From positions 7,564,001 to 7,628,000 of the forward strand of contig CATOCA020000001.1 in NCBI GenBank assembly GCA_951406725.2: a DNA stretch of 64,000 bases, read 5' to 3'. A program made the translations under genes and the position numbers. This document shows, in pieces, positions 1-12,911 of this stretch. Source of the DNA: Octopus vulgaris (taxonomy: Eukaryota). The notes beneath the pieces were generated by a model, which was not told where the DNA came from, ran no database searches, and saw nothing but the letters and a program-made list of their open reading frames with translations. Each line of letters opens with the position of its first letter. Position 1 is the first letter of the stretch.

Positions 1-118
1 TACACATATATATCTATACATACATATATATATATATATATACATACATATATACATTTACACTTTTATGTATATACATAACTATATAGTCACACAGACA
101 GATAGATAGATAGATATG

Positions 119-455
119 TTTCTTTATTAGCCACACAGGGCTGCACACAGATAGAACAAATTACAAGGTAGAGCTTTTCTTTTGAAGGTTTAAGAAAAAA
201 AAAAAAAAAGAAAAGGAAGGGGGAGTTTCGATCAAAAGGGATCGTAAAAGGAGAGAAAGAGGACAAAAAAAAGGGGGGTTTAAAAAAAAAAAAAAAAGGG
301 GGGGGGGGAGGAAGAAAAATTGATCAATAGGGATCGTTATCACAGAAATGTCAATATGAAGTGTAAAGGGGAGGACAGGTGAGGTTTACCCGTGCAAAGA
401 AAAGCCTACGGAAAAGACCACGGTAACCTCGGTCAATGATGTCACATTTTATATT
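119..455 (-). mobile_element. 5'-truncated 3' UTR of a Tx1/L1-like non-LTR retrotransposon
   Basis: The reverse complement aligns by eye to 58600-58935 (attgaccgaggttaccgt..., gatccctattgatc, agccctgtgtggctaataaagaaac). GATA/GACA repeats lie on both sides. Confidence 0.85.
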
Positions 456-584
456 TCTTTTTTTTATAGATAGATAGACAGACAGATAGAAAGAGGGATC
501 TTGGTAGACCTACTATTACTCTATTGCTAATTAAGTCCTTGTGGAAGAAGGGAATAAGGGCTTGTCGTATTCCTTACGGTTGGG

Positions 585-763
585 CTCTTTTGCGTTCTGA
601 ATTGAAATCGGTCTCTTTTGCCGAACCGCTAAGTAACGGGGACGTAAACACACCAGCATCTGTTGTCAAGCAATGCTAGGTGGACAAACACACATAAAAA
701 TATATATATACATATATACGACAGGCTTCTTTCAGTTTCCGTCTACCAAATCCACTCACAAGG

Positions 764-819
<56 letters not shown>

Positions 820-968
820 ACTTTTACTTGTTTCAGTCATTTGATTGCGGCCATGCTGGAGCACTGCCTTTAGTCGAGCAACTCGACCCCGGGACTTATT
901 CTTTTGTAAGCCCAGTACTTATTCTATCGGTCTCTTTTGCCGAACCACTAGGTGTGGGGGACGTAAAC
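585..968 (-). mobile_element. Two fragments of SINE family A separated by (TA)n
   Basis: Matches the body and tail of the full copies at 4508-4913 and 6583-7000. Confidence 0.85.
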
Positions 969-1034
969 ACAATCAACAGATCACAAAAACGGACATTGAA
1001 TAGTGTGCAAAAAGCATAAGGAAAGTAAAAGAAT

Positions 1035-1343
1035 ATATACATACATCTATCTATATATATATATACATACATCTATCTATATATATATATATACATACAT
1101 CTATCTATATATATATATATACATACATCTACCTATATATATATACATACATCTATATATATATATATACATACATCTATCTATCTATATATATACGTAC
1201 ATCTATCTATATATATATATACATACATCTATCTATATATATATATACATACATCTATCTATCTATATATATATATATATATAACATACATCGATATGTA
1301 TATATACATACATATACATATACATACATATATCTATATATAT

Positions 1344-1377
<34 letters not shown>

Positions 1378-1460
1378 ATGTGCGTGTGTGTGTGAGTCTA
1401 TATACATATATATATGTGTGTGTGTATATACACACACACACACACATACATACATTCTTC
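1035..1460. repeat. Compound (TA)n/(TACA)n/(TCTA)n/(CA)n microsatellite
   Basis: Seen directly in the sequence. Confidence 0.95.
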
Positions 1461-1477
1461 TACGGAAACATCCACAG

Positions 1478-1637
1478 CGCAGGAGTGGCTGTGTGGTAAG
1501 TAGCTTGCTAACCAGCCACATGGTACCGGGTTCAGTCCCACTGCGTGGCATCTTGGGCATGTGTCTTCTGCTATAGCCCCGGGCCGACCAATGCCTTGTG
1601 AGTGGATTTGGTAGACGGAAACTGAAAGAAGCCCATC

Positions 1638-1640
<3 letters not shown>
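1478..1640 (+). mobile_element. SINE A 5' half (tRNA-derived head plus CORE-like segment)
   Basis: A-box-like TGGCTGTGTGG, B-box-like GGTTCAGTCCC, then the ttgggca(a/t)gtgtctt CORE-like motif. Confidence 0.85.
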
Positions 1641-1684
<44 letters not shown>

Positions 1685-2230
1685 TTGTGATGAAAGAGTA
1701 CCCTTAACGTAGTTCTCGGGGATATTCAGCGTGACACAGAGAGTGACAAGGCCGGCCCTTTGAAATACAGGTACAACAGCAACAGGAAAAAAGAGTGAGA
1801 GAAAGTTGTGGTGAAAGAGTACAGCAGGGTTCACCATCACCCCCTGCAGGAGCACTCCGTCGGTTACGACGACGAGGGTTCCAGTTGATACGAATCAACG
1901 GAGCAGCCTGCTCGTGGAATTAACGTGTAAGTGGCTGAGCACTCCACAGACACGTGTACCCTTCACGTAGTTCTCGGAGATATTCAGCGTGACACAGAGA
2001 GTGACAAGGCCGGCCCTTTGAAATACAGGTACAACAGAAACAGGAAGTAAGAGTGAGAGAAAGTTATGGGGAAAGAGTACAGCAGGGTTCACCACCATCC
2101 CCTGCCGGAGCATCGTAGAGCTTTAGGTGTTTTCGCTCAATTAACACTCATAATGCCCGGTCTGGGAATCGAAACCGCGATCCTTCGACCGCGAGTCCGC
2201 TGCACTAACCACTGGGCCATTGCGCCTCCA
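1685..2230 (-). mobile_element. SINE family B (tRNA-derived) with a partial tandem repeat of its 3' part
   Basis: The minus-strand head reads ggaggcgcaatggcccagtggttag...ggtttcgattcccagaccgggc (A and B boxes). The body matches 7343-8182. Confidence 0.85.
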
Positions 2231-2409
2231 CACAGGCAAGTAAGAAAACACTAAACACTAATCTAATTAAGTTGAAGTCAACACAGAGGAGAAAGCAAAC
2301 AAAAGGAAGATCATAGCGATTTAGTTAATAAGTGACCCCAAACCCTCGTGTTTCAAGGAAGGTGAGGGGTGGGGGTTAATGGTAAAGGGTGTTGCCTTTT
2401 ATCTCTTTT

Positions 2410-2766
2410 ATGCTGGAGCACCGCCTTTAATCGAGCAAATCGACCCCGGGACTTATTCTTTGTAAGCCCAGTACTTATTCTATCAGTCTCTTTTTGCCGA
2501 ACCGCTAGCTGACGGGGACATAAACACACCAGCATCGGTTGTCAAGCAATGCTAGGGGGACAAACACAGACACACAAAACCACATACACACACACATATA
2601 TATATATACATATATACGACAGGCTTCTTTCAGTTTCCGTCTACCAAATCCACTCACAAGGCATTGGTCGGCCCGGGGCTATAGCAGAAGACACTTGCCC
2701 AAGATGCCACGCAGTGGGACTGAACCCAGAACCATGTGGTTGGTTAGCAAGCTACTTACCACACAT
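2410..2766 (-). mobile_element. SINE A, near full length
   Basis: Colinear with the other SINE A copies. Confidence 0.9.
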
Positions 2767-2794
2767 ATATATTATACACACATAGAACCCCCCC

Positions 2795-4110
<1,316 letters not shown>

Positions 4111-4309
4111 TACGACAGGCTTCTTTCAGTTTCCGTCAACCACATCCATACACAACGCAATTTACTCGGCCAGAGGTTACATTACATAGATGGCAATTGC
4201 CCAAGGTGACATGCAGTGGGTGGGGCTGAACTCGAAACCCTGTCATGAAACAAACATCTTCCTACTGTCACGCCTATTTATAAATATATACATGCGCAGA
4301 CGTACACAA

Positions 4310-4668
4310 ACAGGAGTGGCTGTGTGGTAAGTAGCTTGTCTACCAACCACATGGTTCCGGGTTCAGTCCCACTGCGTGGCACCCTGGGCAAGTGTCTTCT
4401 GCTATAGCCACGGGCCGACCAATACCTTGTGAGTGGATTTGGTAGACGGAAACTGAAAGAAGCCCGTCGTATATATGTACATATATATATATATAGGCGT
4501 ATATAATTGGCTGTGTGGTAAGTAGTTTGTTTACCAACCACATGGTTCCGGGTTCAGTCCCACTGCGTGGCACCCTGGGCAAGTGTCTTCTGCTATAGCC
4601 CCGGGCCGACCAATGCCTTGTGAGTGGATTTGGTAGACGGAAACTGAAAGAAGCCTGTCGTATATATG

Positions 4669-4701
<33 letters not shown>

Positions 4702-4913
4702 TTGTATGTCTGTGTTTGTCCCCCTAGCATTGCTTGACAACCGATGCTGGTGTGTTTACGTCCCCGTCACTTAGCGGTTCGGCAAAAGAGACCGATAGAA
4801 TAACTACTGGGCTTACAAAGAATAAGTCCCGGGGTCGATTTGTCGACTAACGGTGGTCCAGCATGGCCGCAGTCAAATGACTGAAACAAGTAAAATAGTA
4901 AGATAGTAAAAGA
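4310..4913 (+). mobile_element. SINE A: duplicated head (4310-4475) followed by a near-full copy (4508-4913)
   Basis: Head, internal (TA)/(TG) tract, and 3' tail ccagcatggccgcagtcaaatgactgaaacaagtaaaa. Confidence 0.9.
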
Positions 4914-4916
4914 TAT

Positions 4917-5315
4917 ACTCTATTACTTGTTTCAGCCATTTGACTGCGGCCATGCTGGAGCACCGCCTTTAGTCGAAGAAATCGACCCCAGGACTTATTC
5001 CTTGTAAGCCTATTACTTATTCCATCGGTCTCTTTTGCCGAACCGCTAAGTTACGGGGACGGGAACACACCAGCATCGCTTGTCAAGCGATGTTGTGGGG
5101 ACAAACACAGACACACAAACATATACACACACATACATACATATACACATATATACGGGGCTTCTTTCAGTTTCCGTCTACCAAATCCACTCACAAGGCC
5201 TTGGTCGGCCCGAGGCTATAGTAGAAGACACTTGCCCAAGGTGCCACGCAGTGGGACTGAACCCGGAACCATGTAGTTGGTTAGCAAGCTACTTACCACA
5301 CAGCCACTCCTGCGC
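4917..5315 (-). mobile_element. SINE A full copy, tail-to-tail with the previous copy
   Basis: Reverse complement of the SINE A sequence from tail to tRNA head. Confidence 0.9.
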
Positions 5316-5347
5316 TTATATAATATATTTATTACATATGTATATAA

Positions 5348-5393
<46 letters not shown>

Positions 5394-5558
5394 TGCTGTA
5401 TCAGTCACAGATGTGTGTGTGTCTGTGACTGTCTGGCGCAAATAAATGGGTTTTGAGTGAGATTGTATATATTATGTGCAGATACTTGTGAATGTGCGTG
5501 TTAAACATGCGTCTGCGCTCCCTCAATTTGGCTTCTACGCGTATCCTTTCATCTGTTT

Positions 5559-5613
<55 letters not shown>

Positions 5614-5774
5614 GGTGTGTGTGTATAGGTGCATGTGATTAAATGTCTCAGATAATTTTATTGTTATTAATGCAATATAATATTTCGGCTTATTAACCCC
5701 ATTCTTAAGTACAAAACAATTTGATTTACAAATAATAGGCTAATTCCATATACATATATACTTTATATATATAT

Positions 5775-6305
5775 AGGTGCAGGAGTGGCTGTGTGGTGGT
5801 AAGTAGCTTGCTAACCAACCACATGGTTCCGGGTTCAGTCCCACTGCGTGGCATCTTGGGCAAGTGTCTTCTGCTATAGCCCCGGGCTGACCAATGCCTT
5901 GTGAGTGGATTTGGCTAGACGGAAACTGAAAGAAGCCTGACGTATATATGTATATATATAGGTGTAGGAGTGGCTGTGTGGTATGTAGCTTGCTAACCAA
6001 CCACATGGTTCCGGGTTCAGTCCCACTGCGTGGCATCTTCGGCAAGTGTCTTCTGCTATAGCCCCGGGCCGACCAATGCCTTGTGAGTGGATTTGGTAGA
6101 CGGAAACTGAAAGAAGCCTGACGTATATATGTATATATATAGGTGTAGGAGTGGCTGTGTGGTAAGTAGCTTGCTAACCAACCACATGGTTCCGGGTTCA
6201 GTCACACTGCGTGGCATCTTGGGCAAGTGTCTTCTGCTATAGCCCCGGGCGACCAATGCCTTGTGAGTGGATTTGGTAGACGGAAACTGAAAGAAGCCTG
6301 TCGTA
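5775..6305 (+). repeat. Three tandem ~180-bp SINE A 5' halves
   Basis: Units start near 5775, 5960 and 6140; each ends aagaagcctg(a/t)cgtatat. Confidence 0.9.
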
Positions 6306-6311
6306 TATATA

Positions 6312-6578
6312 CGGGGTCATTCCGAAAAGCTCTACCTGCGACGATTTCATCTCAATCGAAGGAGAGGAGCTTTCTCCGTCCGGGTTGCGGATCCGTGGAA
6401 CAAGCTGCCAGACGAGATGGTGAAGATGCCGACGACCGCTTTGTTCAAAGCCTCCCTGGACCCAAGTGGCCTGAACTCTTTACATGAACACCACCCTGTA
6501 CTTAACTCCATGTCCCCCTACATGGCCTTGCTATTTGCTTTTGAGCCAACTTAACTAACTAACTAACTAACTAACTAA
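6312..6578 (+). mobile_element. 3' end of a CR1-like LINE with a (CTAA)n tail
   Basis: Nearly identical to 28070-28330; encodes GHSEKLYLRRFHLNRR...WNKLPDEMV...KWPELFT. Confidence 0.9.
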
Positions 6579-6582
6579 CATA

Positions 6583-7000
6583 TAGGTGTAGGAGTGGCTT
6601 TGAGGTAAGTAGCTTGCTTATCAACCACATGGTTCCGGGTTCAGTCCCTCTGCGTGGCATCTTGGGCAAGTGTCTTCTGCTATAGCCCCGGGCCGACCAA
6701 TGCCTTGTGAGTGGATTTGGTAGACAGAAACTGAAAGAAGCCTGTCGTATATATGTATATATATATATATATATGTGTAAGTGTTTGTGTGTCTGTGTTT
6801 GTGTCCCTAGCATTGCTTGACAACCGATGCTGGTGTGTTTACGTCCCCGTTACCTAGCGGTTCGGCAAAAGAGACCGATAGAATAAGTTCTGGGCTTACA
6901 AAAGAATAAGTCCCGGGGTCGAGTTGCTCGACTAAAGGCGGTGCTCCAGCATGGCCGCAGTCAAATGACTGAAACAAGTAAAAGAGTAAAAGAGTAAGAG
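6583..7000 (+). mobile_element. SINE A full copy
   Basis: tRNA head through a (GAGTAAAA)n-like tail. Confidence 0.9.
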
Positions 7001-7132
7001 TATATATATAGACATTTATACACACACACACAAACACACACATACACACACATACATACATACATACATTCATATACATATATGTATGCACACATATAAA
7101 TGCCTTTGTTTACGTTCAGTTATAATATAAAC

Positions 7133-7286
7133 AATCTTGCATTAACCTGATGAGTCAGTTCATACTTTTTTAGAGTACAAATTAATATTCTTATACAACA
7201 AATGTTGTAGATAGTGACTTCGAAGTTCCGTTCTCATAAGTCATCGCTGGAGAGGCCGAAACTTTGAAATTATTGTCAACAAGATT
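7133..7286 (+). ncRNA. Degenerate type-I hammerhead-like motif with a ~100-nt stem-loop II insert
   Basis: CTGATGA at 7147-7153 and GAAA at 7258-7261. Flanking aatcttg and caagatt are complementary, and acttt-g-aaatt is an imperfect stem III. Stem II is poorly paired. Confidence 0.35.
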
Positions 7287-7342
7287 CTTATATACAAAAT
7301 TATACACAAACATATACATACACGTCACGTATTATATTATGG

Positions 7343-8182
7343 TGGAGGCGCAATGGTCCAGTGGTCGTAGGATCGCGGTTTCGATTCCCAGACCGGGCGT
7401 TGTGAGTGTTTATTGAGCGAAAACACCTAAAGCTCCACGAGGCTCTGGCAGGGGATGGTGGTGATCCCTGCTGTACTCTTTCATCACAACTTTCTCTCAC
7501 TCTTACTTCCTGTTTCTGTTGTACCTGTATTTCAAAGGGCCGGCCTTGTCACTCTCTGTGTCACGCTGAATATCCCCGAGAACTACGCTAAGGGTACACG
7601 TGTCTGTGGAGTGCTCAGCCACTTACACGTTAATTCCACGAGCAGGCTGTTCCGTTGATCGTATCAGCTGGGACCCTCATCGTCGTAACTGACGGAGTGC
7701 TCCTGCAGGGGTTGGTGGTGATCCCTGCTGTACTCTTTCACCTTACTTCTTGTTTCTGTTGTACCTGTATTTCAAAGGGCCGGCCTTGTCACTCTCTGTG
7801 TCACGCTGAATATCCCCGAGAACTACGCTAAGGGTACACGTGTCTGTGGAGTGCTCAGCCACTTACACGTTAATTCCACGAGCAGGCTGTTCCGTTGATC
7901 GTATCAGCTGGGACCCTCATCGTCGTTACCGACGGAGTGCTCCTGCAGGGGTTGGTGGTGATCCCTGCTGTACTCTTTCACCTTACTTCTTGTTTCTGTT
8001 GTACCTGTATTTCGAAGGGCCGGCCTTGTCACTCTCTGTGTCACGCTGAATATCCCCGAGAACTACGCTAAGGGTACACGTGTCTGTGGAGTGCTCAGCC
8101 ACTTGCACGTTAATTCCACGAGCAGGCTGTTCCGTTGATTCGGATCAACTGGAACCCTCATCGTCGTAACCGACGGAGTGCT
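7343..8182 (+). mobile_element. SINE B with its 3' ~240 bp present three times in tandem
   Basis: Internally deleted head, then units ending gacggagtgc at ~7700, ~7940 and ~8181. Confidence 0.9.
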
Positions 8183-8498
8183 TCCATTATATTATGAACA
8201 CGCGCTCACACACACACACACAGTTGATACTTATTTTGCCTGACCTCTCGAAGCCTGCACATGCGCACTGTCCGATATTGTGCAGGGTGAAATACACCGC
8301 GTATTACTGGTATTCACGATTTAACATTCCTTAACGTACGTAACCGAAACAACGTCTCGTGGGAACGGTACTAAATGTTGTCTTTTAATATTTTCTGAGG
8401 TATATGTTACTCTTATTTCTAGCTGATCGAGGATCACATCCTTCCCCCGGTTGCAAACCAATATCTAACTGAAAAAAAAAAGGGGGGGTTGGGTGGAA

Positions 8499-8698
8499 AT
8501 GGCACGTGCTGGCAGAATCGTTAGCACACCGGACAAAATGTTTAGCGGCATTTCGTCCGTCCTTCCTTTCGTTCTGCGTTCAAATTCCGCCCACGTCGAC
8601 TCTGCCTTTCAGCCTTTTAGGGCCGCTAAAATAAATACCAATTGAACAACTGGAATCGATGAAATCGAATTACCCTTAACCCTTAACCCTAAACCCTA

Positions 8699-8731
<33 letters not shown>

Positions 8732-9010
8732 ACCCCTATCCCTAACTCTAACCTTAACCTTAACTCTTAACCCTAAACCCTATCGCTAACCCTAACTCTA
8801 ACCCTAACTTTAACCCTTAACCCTAACCCTTAACCCTTAACCCTTAACCCTTAACCTTAAACCCTAACTCTAACCCTAACCCTAACCCTTAACCCATAAC
8901 CCTTAACCCTAACCCTCTATCCCTAACCCTAACCTCTATCCCTAACCCTTAACTCTAAACCCTATCCCACCCCGAAATTCTTGGCCTTGTGCCCAAATTT
9001 GGAAATAGCA
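8499..9010 (+). mobile_element. Diverged SINE family C interrupted by a telomere-like tract
   Basis: gctggcagaatcgttagcac...gttcaaattccgcc...gcctttca, resuming after the tract as ccccgaaatt..ggccttgtgcc. A further partial copy lies at 9050-9210. Confidence 0.75.
8672..8967. repeat. Interstitial degenerate telomeric-type repeat (CCCTAA)n, i.e. (TTAGGG)n on the minus strand
   Basis: About 300 bp of CCCTAA/CCCTTAA/CCCTAAA/CTCTAA/CCCTAT units. Confidence 0.9.
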
Positions 9011-9225
9011 TTTTCTGAGGGAGTTTAGGGTCATTTCATAGGTCTTTTCGTTCACAGTTCAAATTCCGAGAAGTTTCGACTTTGCCTTTCATCCCTCTCA
9101 GGGTTTTGAATAAAATAAGTAGCAGTTTAGCACTGGGCTCGATGTAATAATCGACTTACCCACTCCCCTGAAATTACTGGTCTGGCACCAAATTTTGAAA
9201 CCAATATTTTCTGAGGCATATGCAG

Positions 9226-10110
9226 AAACTGGCAACTGAAACTGGATGTGGACAAGTGTACCACCATGCATTTTGGGAGAAAAAACCCTGCGTCCACATA
9301 CTCCCTCCACAACACTGATATCAAGAAATCCTCTCGCGAGCGTGACCTAGGCATCACTGTCAGCAGTGAAACTGGCTGTGGACAAGTGTACAACAATGCA
9401 TTTTGGGAGAAAAACCCTGCATCCACATACTCCCTCCACAACACTGATATCAAGAAATCCTCTTGTGAGCGTGACCTATGCATCAGTATCAGCAGTGAAA
9501 CTGGCTGTGGACAAGTGTACCACCATGCATTTTAGGAGAAAAAACAATGCATCCACATACTCCCTCCACAACACTGATATCAAGAAATCCTCTTGTGAGC
9601 GTGACCTATGCATCAGTATCAGCAGTGAAACTGGCTGTGGACAAGTGTACCACCATGCATTTTAGGAGAAAAAACAATGCATCCACATACTCCCTCCACA
9701 ACACTGATATCAAGAAATCCTCTTGTGAGCGTGACCTATGCATCAGTATCAGCAGTGAAACTGGCTGTGGACAAGTGTACCACCATGCATTTTAGGAGAA
9801 AAAACAATGCATCCACATACTCCCTCCACAACACTGATATCAAGAAATCCTCTTGTGAGCGTGACCTATGCATCAGTATCAGCAGTGAAACTGGCTGTGG
9901 ACAAGTGTACCACCATGCATTTTAGGAGAAAAAACAATGCATCCACATACTCCCTCCACAACACTGATATCAAGAAATCCTCTTGCGAGCGTGACCTAGG
10001 CATCACTGTCAGCAGTGAAACTGGCTGTGGACAAGTGTACCACCATGCATTTTGGGAGAAAAAACCCTGCGTCCACATACTCCCTCCACAACACTGATAT
10101 CAAGAAATCC
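9226..10110 (+). repeat. 130-bp tandem array (~6.7 units) derived from CR1-like RT coding sequence
   Basis: Units start at 9238, 9368, 9497, 9627, 9757, 9887 and 10017. Translation WQLKL.VDKCTTMHFGRKNPASTYSLHNTDIKKSSCERDLGITVSS is typical of the CR1 region downstream of the catalytic DD motif. Confidence 0.9.
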
Positions 10111-10340
10111 TGTCGTATATATGTATATATATATATATATGTGTGTGTTTGTCCCCCTAGCATTGCTTGACAACCGATGCTGGTGTGTTTACGTCTCCGT
10201 CACCTAGCTGTTTGGCAAAAAGAGACTGATAGAATAAGTACTGGGCTTACAAAGAATAAGTCCCGGGGTCGATTTGCTCGACTAAAGGCGGTGCTCCAGC
10301 ATGGCCGCAGTCAAATGACTGAAACAAGTGAAAGAGAATA
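10111..10340 (+). mobile_element. SINE A 3' half fused directly to the CR1-derived array
   Basis: Starts tgtcgtatatatg and ends gactgaaacaagtgaaagag. Confidence 0.85.
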
Positions 10341-10530
10341 CATTTTTGGAGTAAATATTCAAAAACCAAAGTTTGCCATGCACTCTAGGAGTTTATCAAA
10401 CAAACTGCAATTTTCCTATCTCCTCATGACATACTCGCAGAGATCAACCACAGAATGGTGCGGTCCTAGAGCATTTTTTGGGTTAATAAGCTTAATACTG
10501 TGGTTCACCATTTTCTTGGATTTCAAGTGT

Positions 10531-10709
10531 ATCATCATCATCATCATCATCATCGTTTAACGTCCGTTTCCCGTGCTAGCATGGGTTGGACGGTTCGACC
10601 GGGGATCTGGGAAGCCAGAAGGCTGCACCAGGCTCCAGTCTTATCTGGCAATGTTTCTACAGCTGGATGCCCTTCCTAACGCCAACCACTCCGAGAGTGT
10701 AGTGGGTGC

Positions 10710-10755
<46 letters not shown>

Positions 10756-11218
10756 TCATCATCCATTAACGTCCGTTTCCCATGCTAGCATGGGTTGGAC
10801 GGTTCGACCGGGGATCTGGGAAGCCAGAAGGCTGCACCAGACTCCATTCTGATCTGGCAGTGTTTCTACGGCTGGATGCTCTTCCTAACGCCAACCACTC
10901 CGTGAGTGTAGTGGGTGTATTTTACGTGCCACCTGCACAGGTGCCAGGCGGGGCTGGCAACGGCCACGGTCGGATTGGTGTATTTTATGTGCCACTGGCA
11001 CGGAAGCCAGTCGAGGCGGCGCTGGCATCGGCCACGAGTCGGATAGTGCTTTTTACGTACCACCATACCAGGGATCCTGGCTGGTTCAATTCGATTTCGC
11101 CTTCGCTTGCCCCAACATGTCTTCGCAAGCAAAGGGGGTTGGCATGGGTGCCTGTCGTACGGTCGGATTGGTGTATTTACATGCCACCGGCACAGAAGCC
11201 AGTGGAGGCGGCTAATTC
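10531..11218 (-). mobile_element. RTE-clade LINE 3' UTR fragments (dimer) with a (GAT)n tail
   Basis: The reverse complement matches the 3' UTR attached to the RTE ORF end at 42321-43063. Confidence 0.85.
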
Positions 11219-11574
11219 ATAGCAAAAAGGAATTTTATTTTCATAATTAGAATATAAAACTTACATCACTAAACCAATTCTGAAAACAATTTGAACAAAA
11301 TTTGGAGACCTGAAAAGTGTGAGTGAAGCAGAAAAGATCCACTATGGATGGCCAATTTACTCTTATGCTTGGGAGAACCCGACCAAGATCTTTTTGGACC
11401 ACAGCTGGGAACCACTGGTATGTAGCATATGTTAAGTTAGAGTTTGGTAGCTGTCTGAGATCTTGTAAAGTTATGGTGTCAAATGGTGAATGTTACAATG
11501 CATGTTCTTTGCAGGTTGCAAAGGGAAGCAAAATTAAAAGAACAGAAAAAAAGTGAGCCAAATATTAAAGATCC

Positions 11575-11811
11575 TATATCTATTTCTTTTCTACCCACAA
11601 GGGGCTAAACATAGAAGGGACAAACAAGGACAGACAAACGGATTAAGTCGATTATATCGACCCCAGTGCAAAACTGGTACTTTATTTATCGACCACGAAA
11701 GGATGAAAGGCAAAGTCAACCTCGGCGGAATTTGAACTCAGAACGTAACGGCAGACGAAATACGGCTACGCATTTCGCCCGGCGCGCTAACGTTTCTGCC
11801 AGCTCGCCACC
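11575..11811 (-). mobile_element. SINE C full copy (tRNA-like head, Meta-domain-like core, Tx1-like tail)
   Basis: Minus strand reads ggcgagctggcagaaacgttagc...gagttcaaattccgccgaggttgactttgcctttcatcc. A possible target-site duplication agatcctatat lies at 11569 and 11825. Confidence 0.85.
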
Positions 11812-12123
11812 CTATTATTTCATCAGATCCTATATATTTTATCAGTGTGAAGCAGGAAATGATCAAAAACTTACCCTGGTCTGCGCCATGTAAATCCTCG
11901 AAGAAAAATTCGGTTGATATTATCTGCGTCTGTAGTATTTAAGCAATAAGTTTGTAAAAAGAAATTCCAGATTCCTCCACACTTGAGAAATATTCGATCA
12001 ATCCCACGATGTTAAGTTAAAATCCAATTGAATACTGTATTTGTGTAGCAGCTTCTGTAGAGTGAAAAAGAAAAAAAATGTGAGATAAATATAACACCGA
12101 GTAATAATATTTTCTTTATTATA

Positions 12124-12900
12124 TAAGCTACTGGGAAAGACTCAAGAGATTAAAACTATATTCCTTTGAGCGTAGGCAAGAAAGATATGCCATAATATAC
12201 ATCTGGAAGATCCTGGAAGGACTTGTCCCAAACTTTGGCATCGAGAGTTACACAAATGCCAGAACTGGGTGCCACTGCATGGTGCCAAGGACTCCAAATT
12301 TGCCATCAAGATGTAGGACAAGATACTGTGATAGCCTGGGCTTCCGAGGCCCACAGTTCTTCAATATCCTCCCGAAGAACCTAAGAGACCTGCATGGGGT
12401 GGATGCAGATGTCTATCTATCTATCTATCAATCTATCTATATAGAGAAAGATATGCCATAATATTCATCTGGAAGATCCTGGAGGGACTTGTCCCAAACT
12501 TTGGCATCGAGAGTTACACAAATGCCAGAACTGGGTGCCACTGCATGGTGCCAAGGACTCCAAATTTGCCATCAAGATGTAGGACAAGATACTGTGATAG
12601 CCTGGGCTTCCGAGGCCCACAGCTCTTCAATATCCTCCCGAAGAACCTAAGAGACCTGCATGAGGTGGATGCAGATGTCTTTAAAATGAAACTGGATCTC
12701 TTCCTGTCAGGTATCTCAGATGAACCAACTTCACGGCAGGAGGTGCAGATGAGGGCAGCTGCATCGAACTCTCTCATGCACCAAATGGCAGTTGCTAAAA
12801 GGCATTCGTGAAGTAAAACCATGTAGCAACACCAAATGGTGGTGCCCCAGCATGGCCACAGCTCGTAAGCTGAAACTAGATAAAATAAAATAAAATTAAA
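12124..12900 (+). mobile_element. 3' end of a CR1/L2-group LINE (second family) with an internal ~230-bp duplication and a (TAAAA)n tail
   Basis: SYWERLKRLKLYSFERRQERYAIIYIWKILEG...GPQLFNILPKNLRD...FKMKLDLFLSGISDEP...AAASNSL. The duplicated blocks are separated by (TCTA)n. Confidence 0.85.
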
Positions 12901-12911
12901 AAAATATATTT

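Noticed and set aside
2150-2230. tRNA genes at SINE heads (also 1478, 5775, 6583, 11740)
   Set aside because: A/B boxes are present, but no complete cloverleaf was seen and each head continues into a SINE body.
8672-8967. True chromosome end
   Set aside because: The tract is short, degenerate and flanked on both sides by ordinary sequence.
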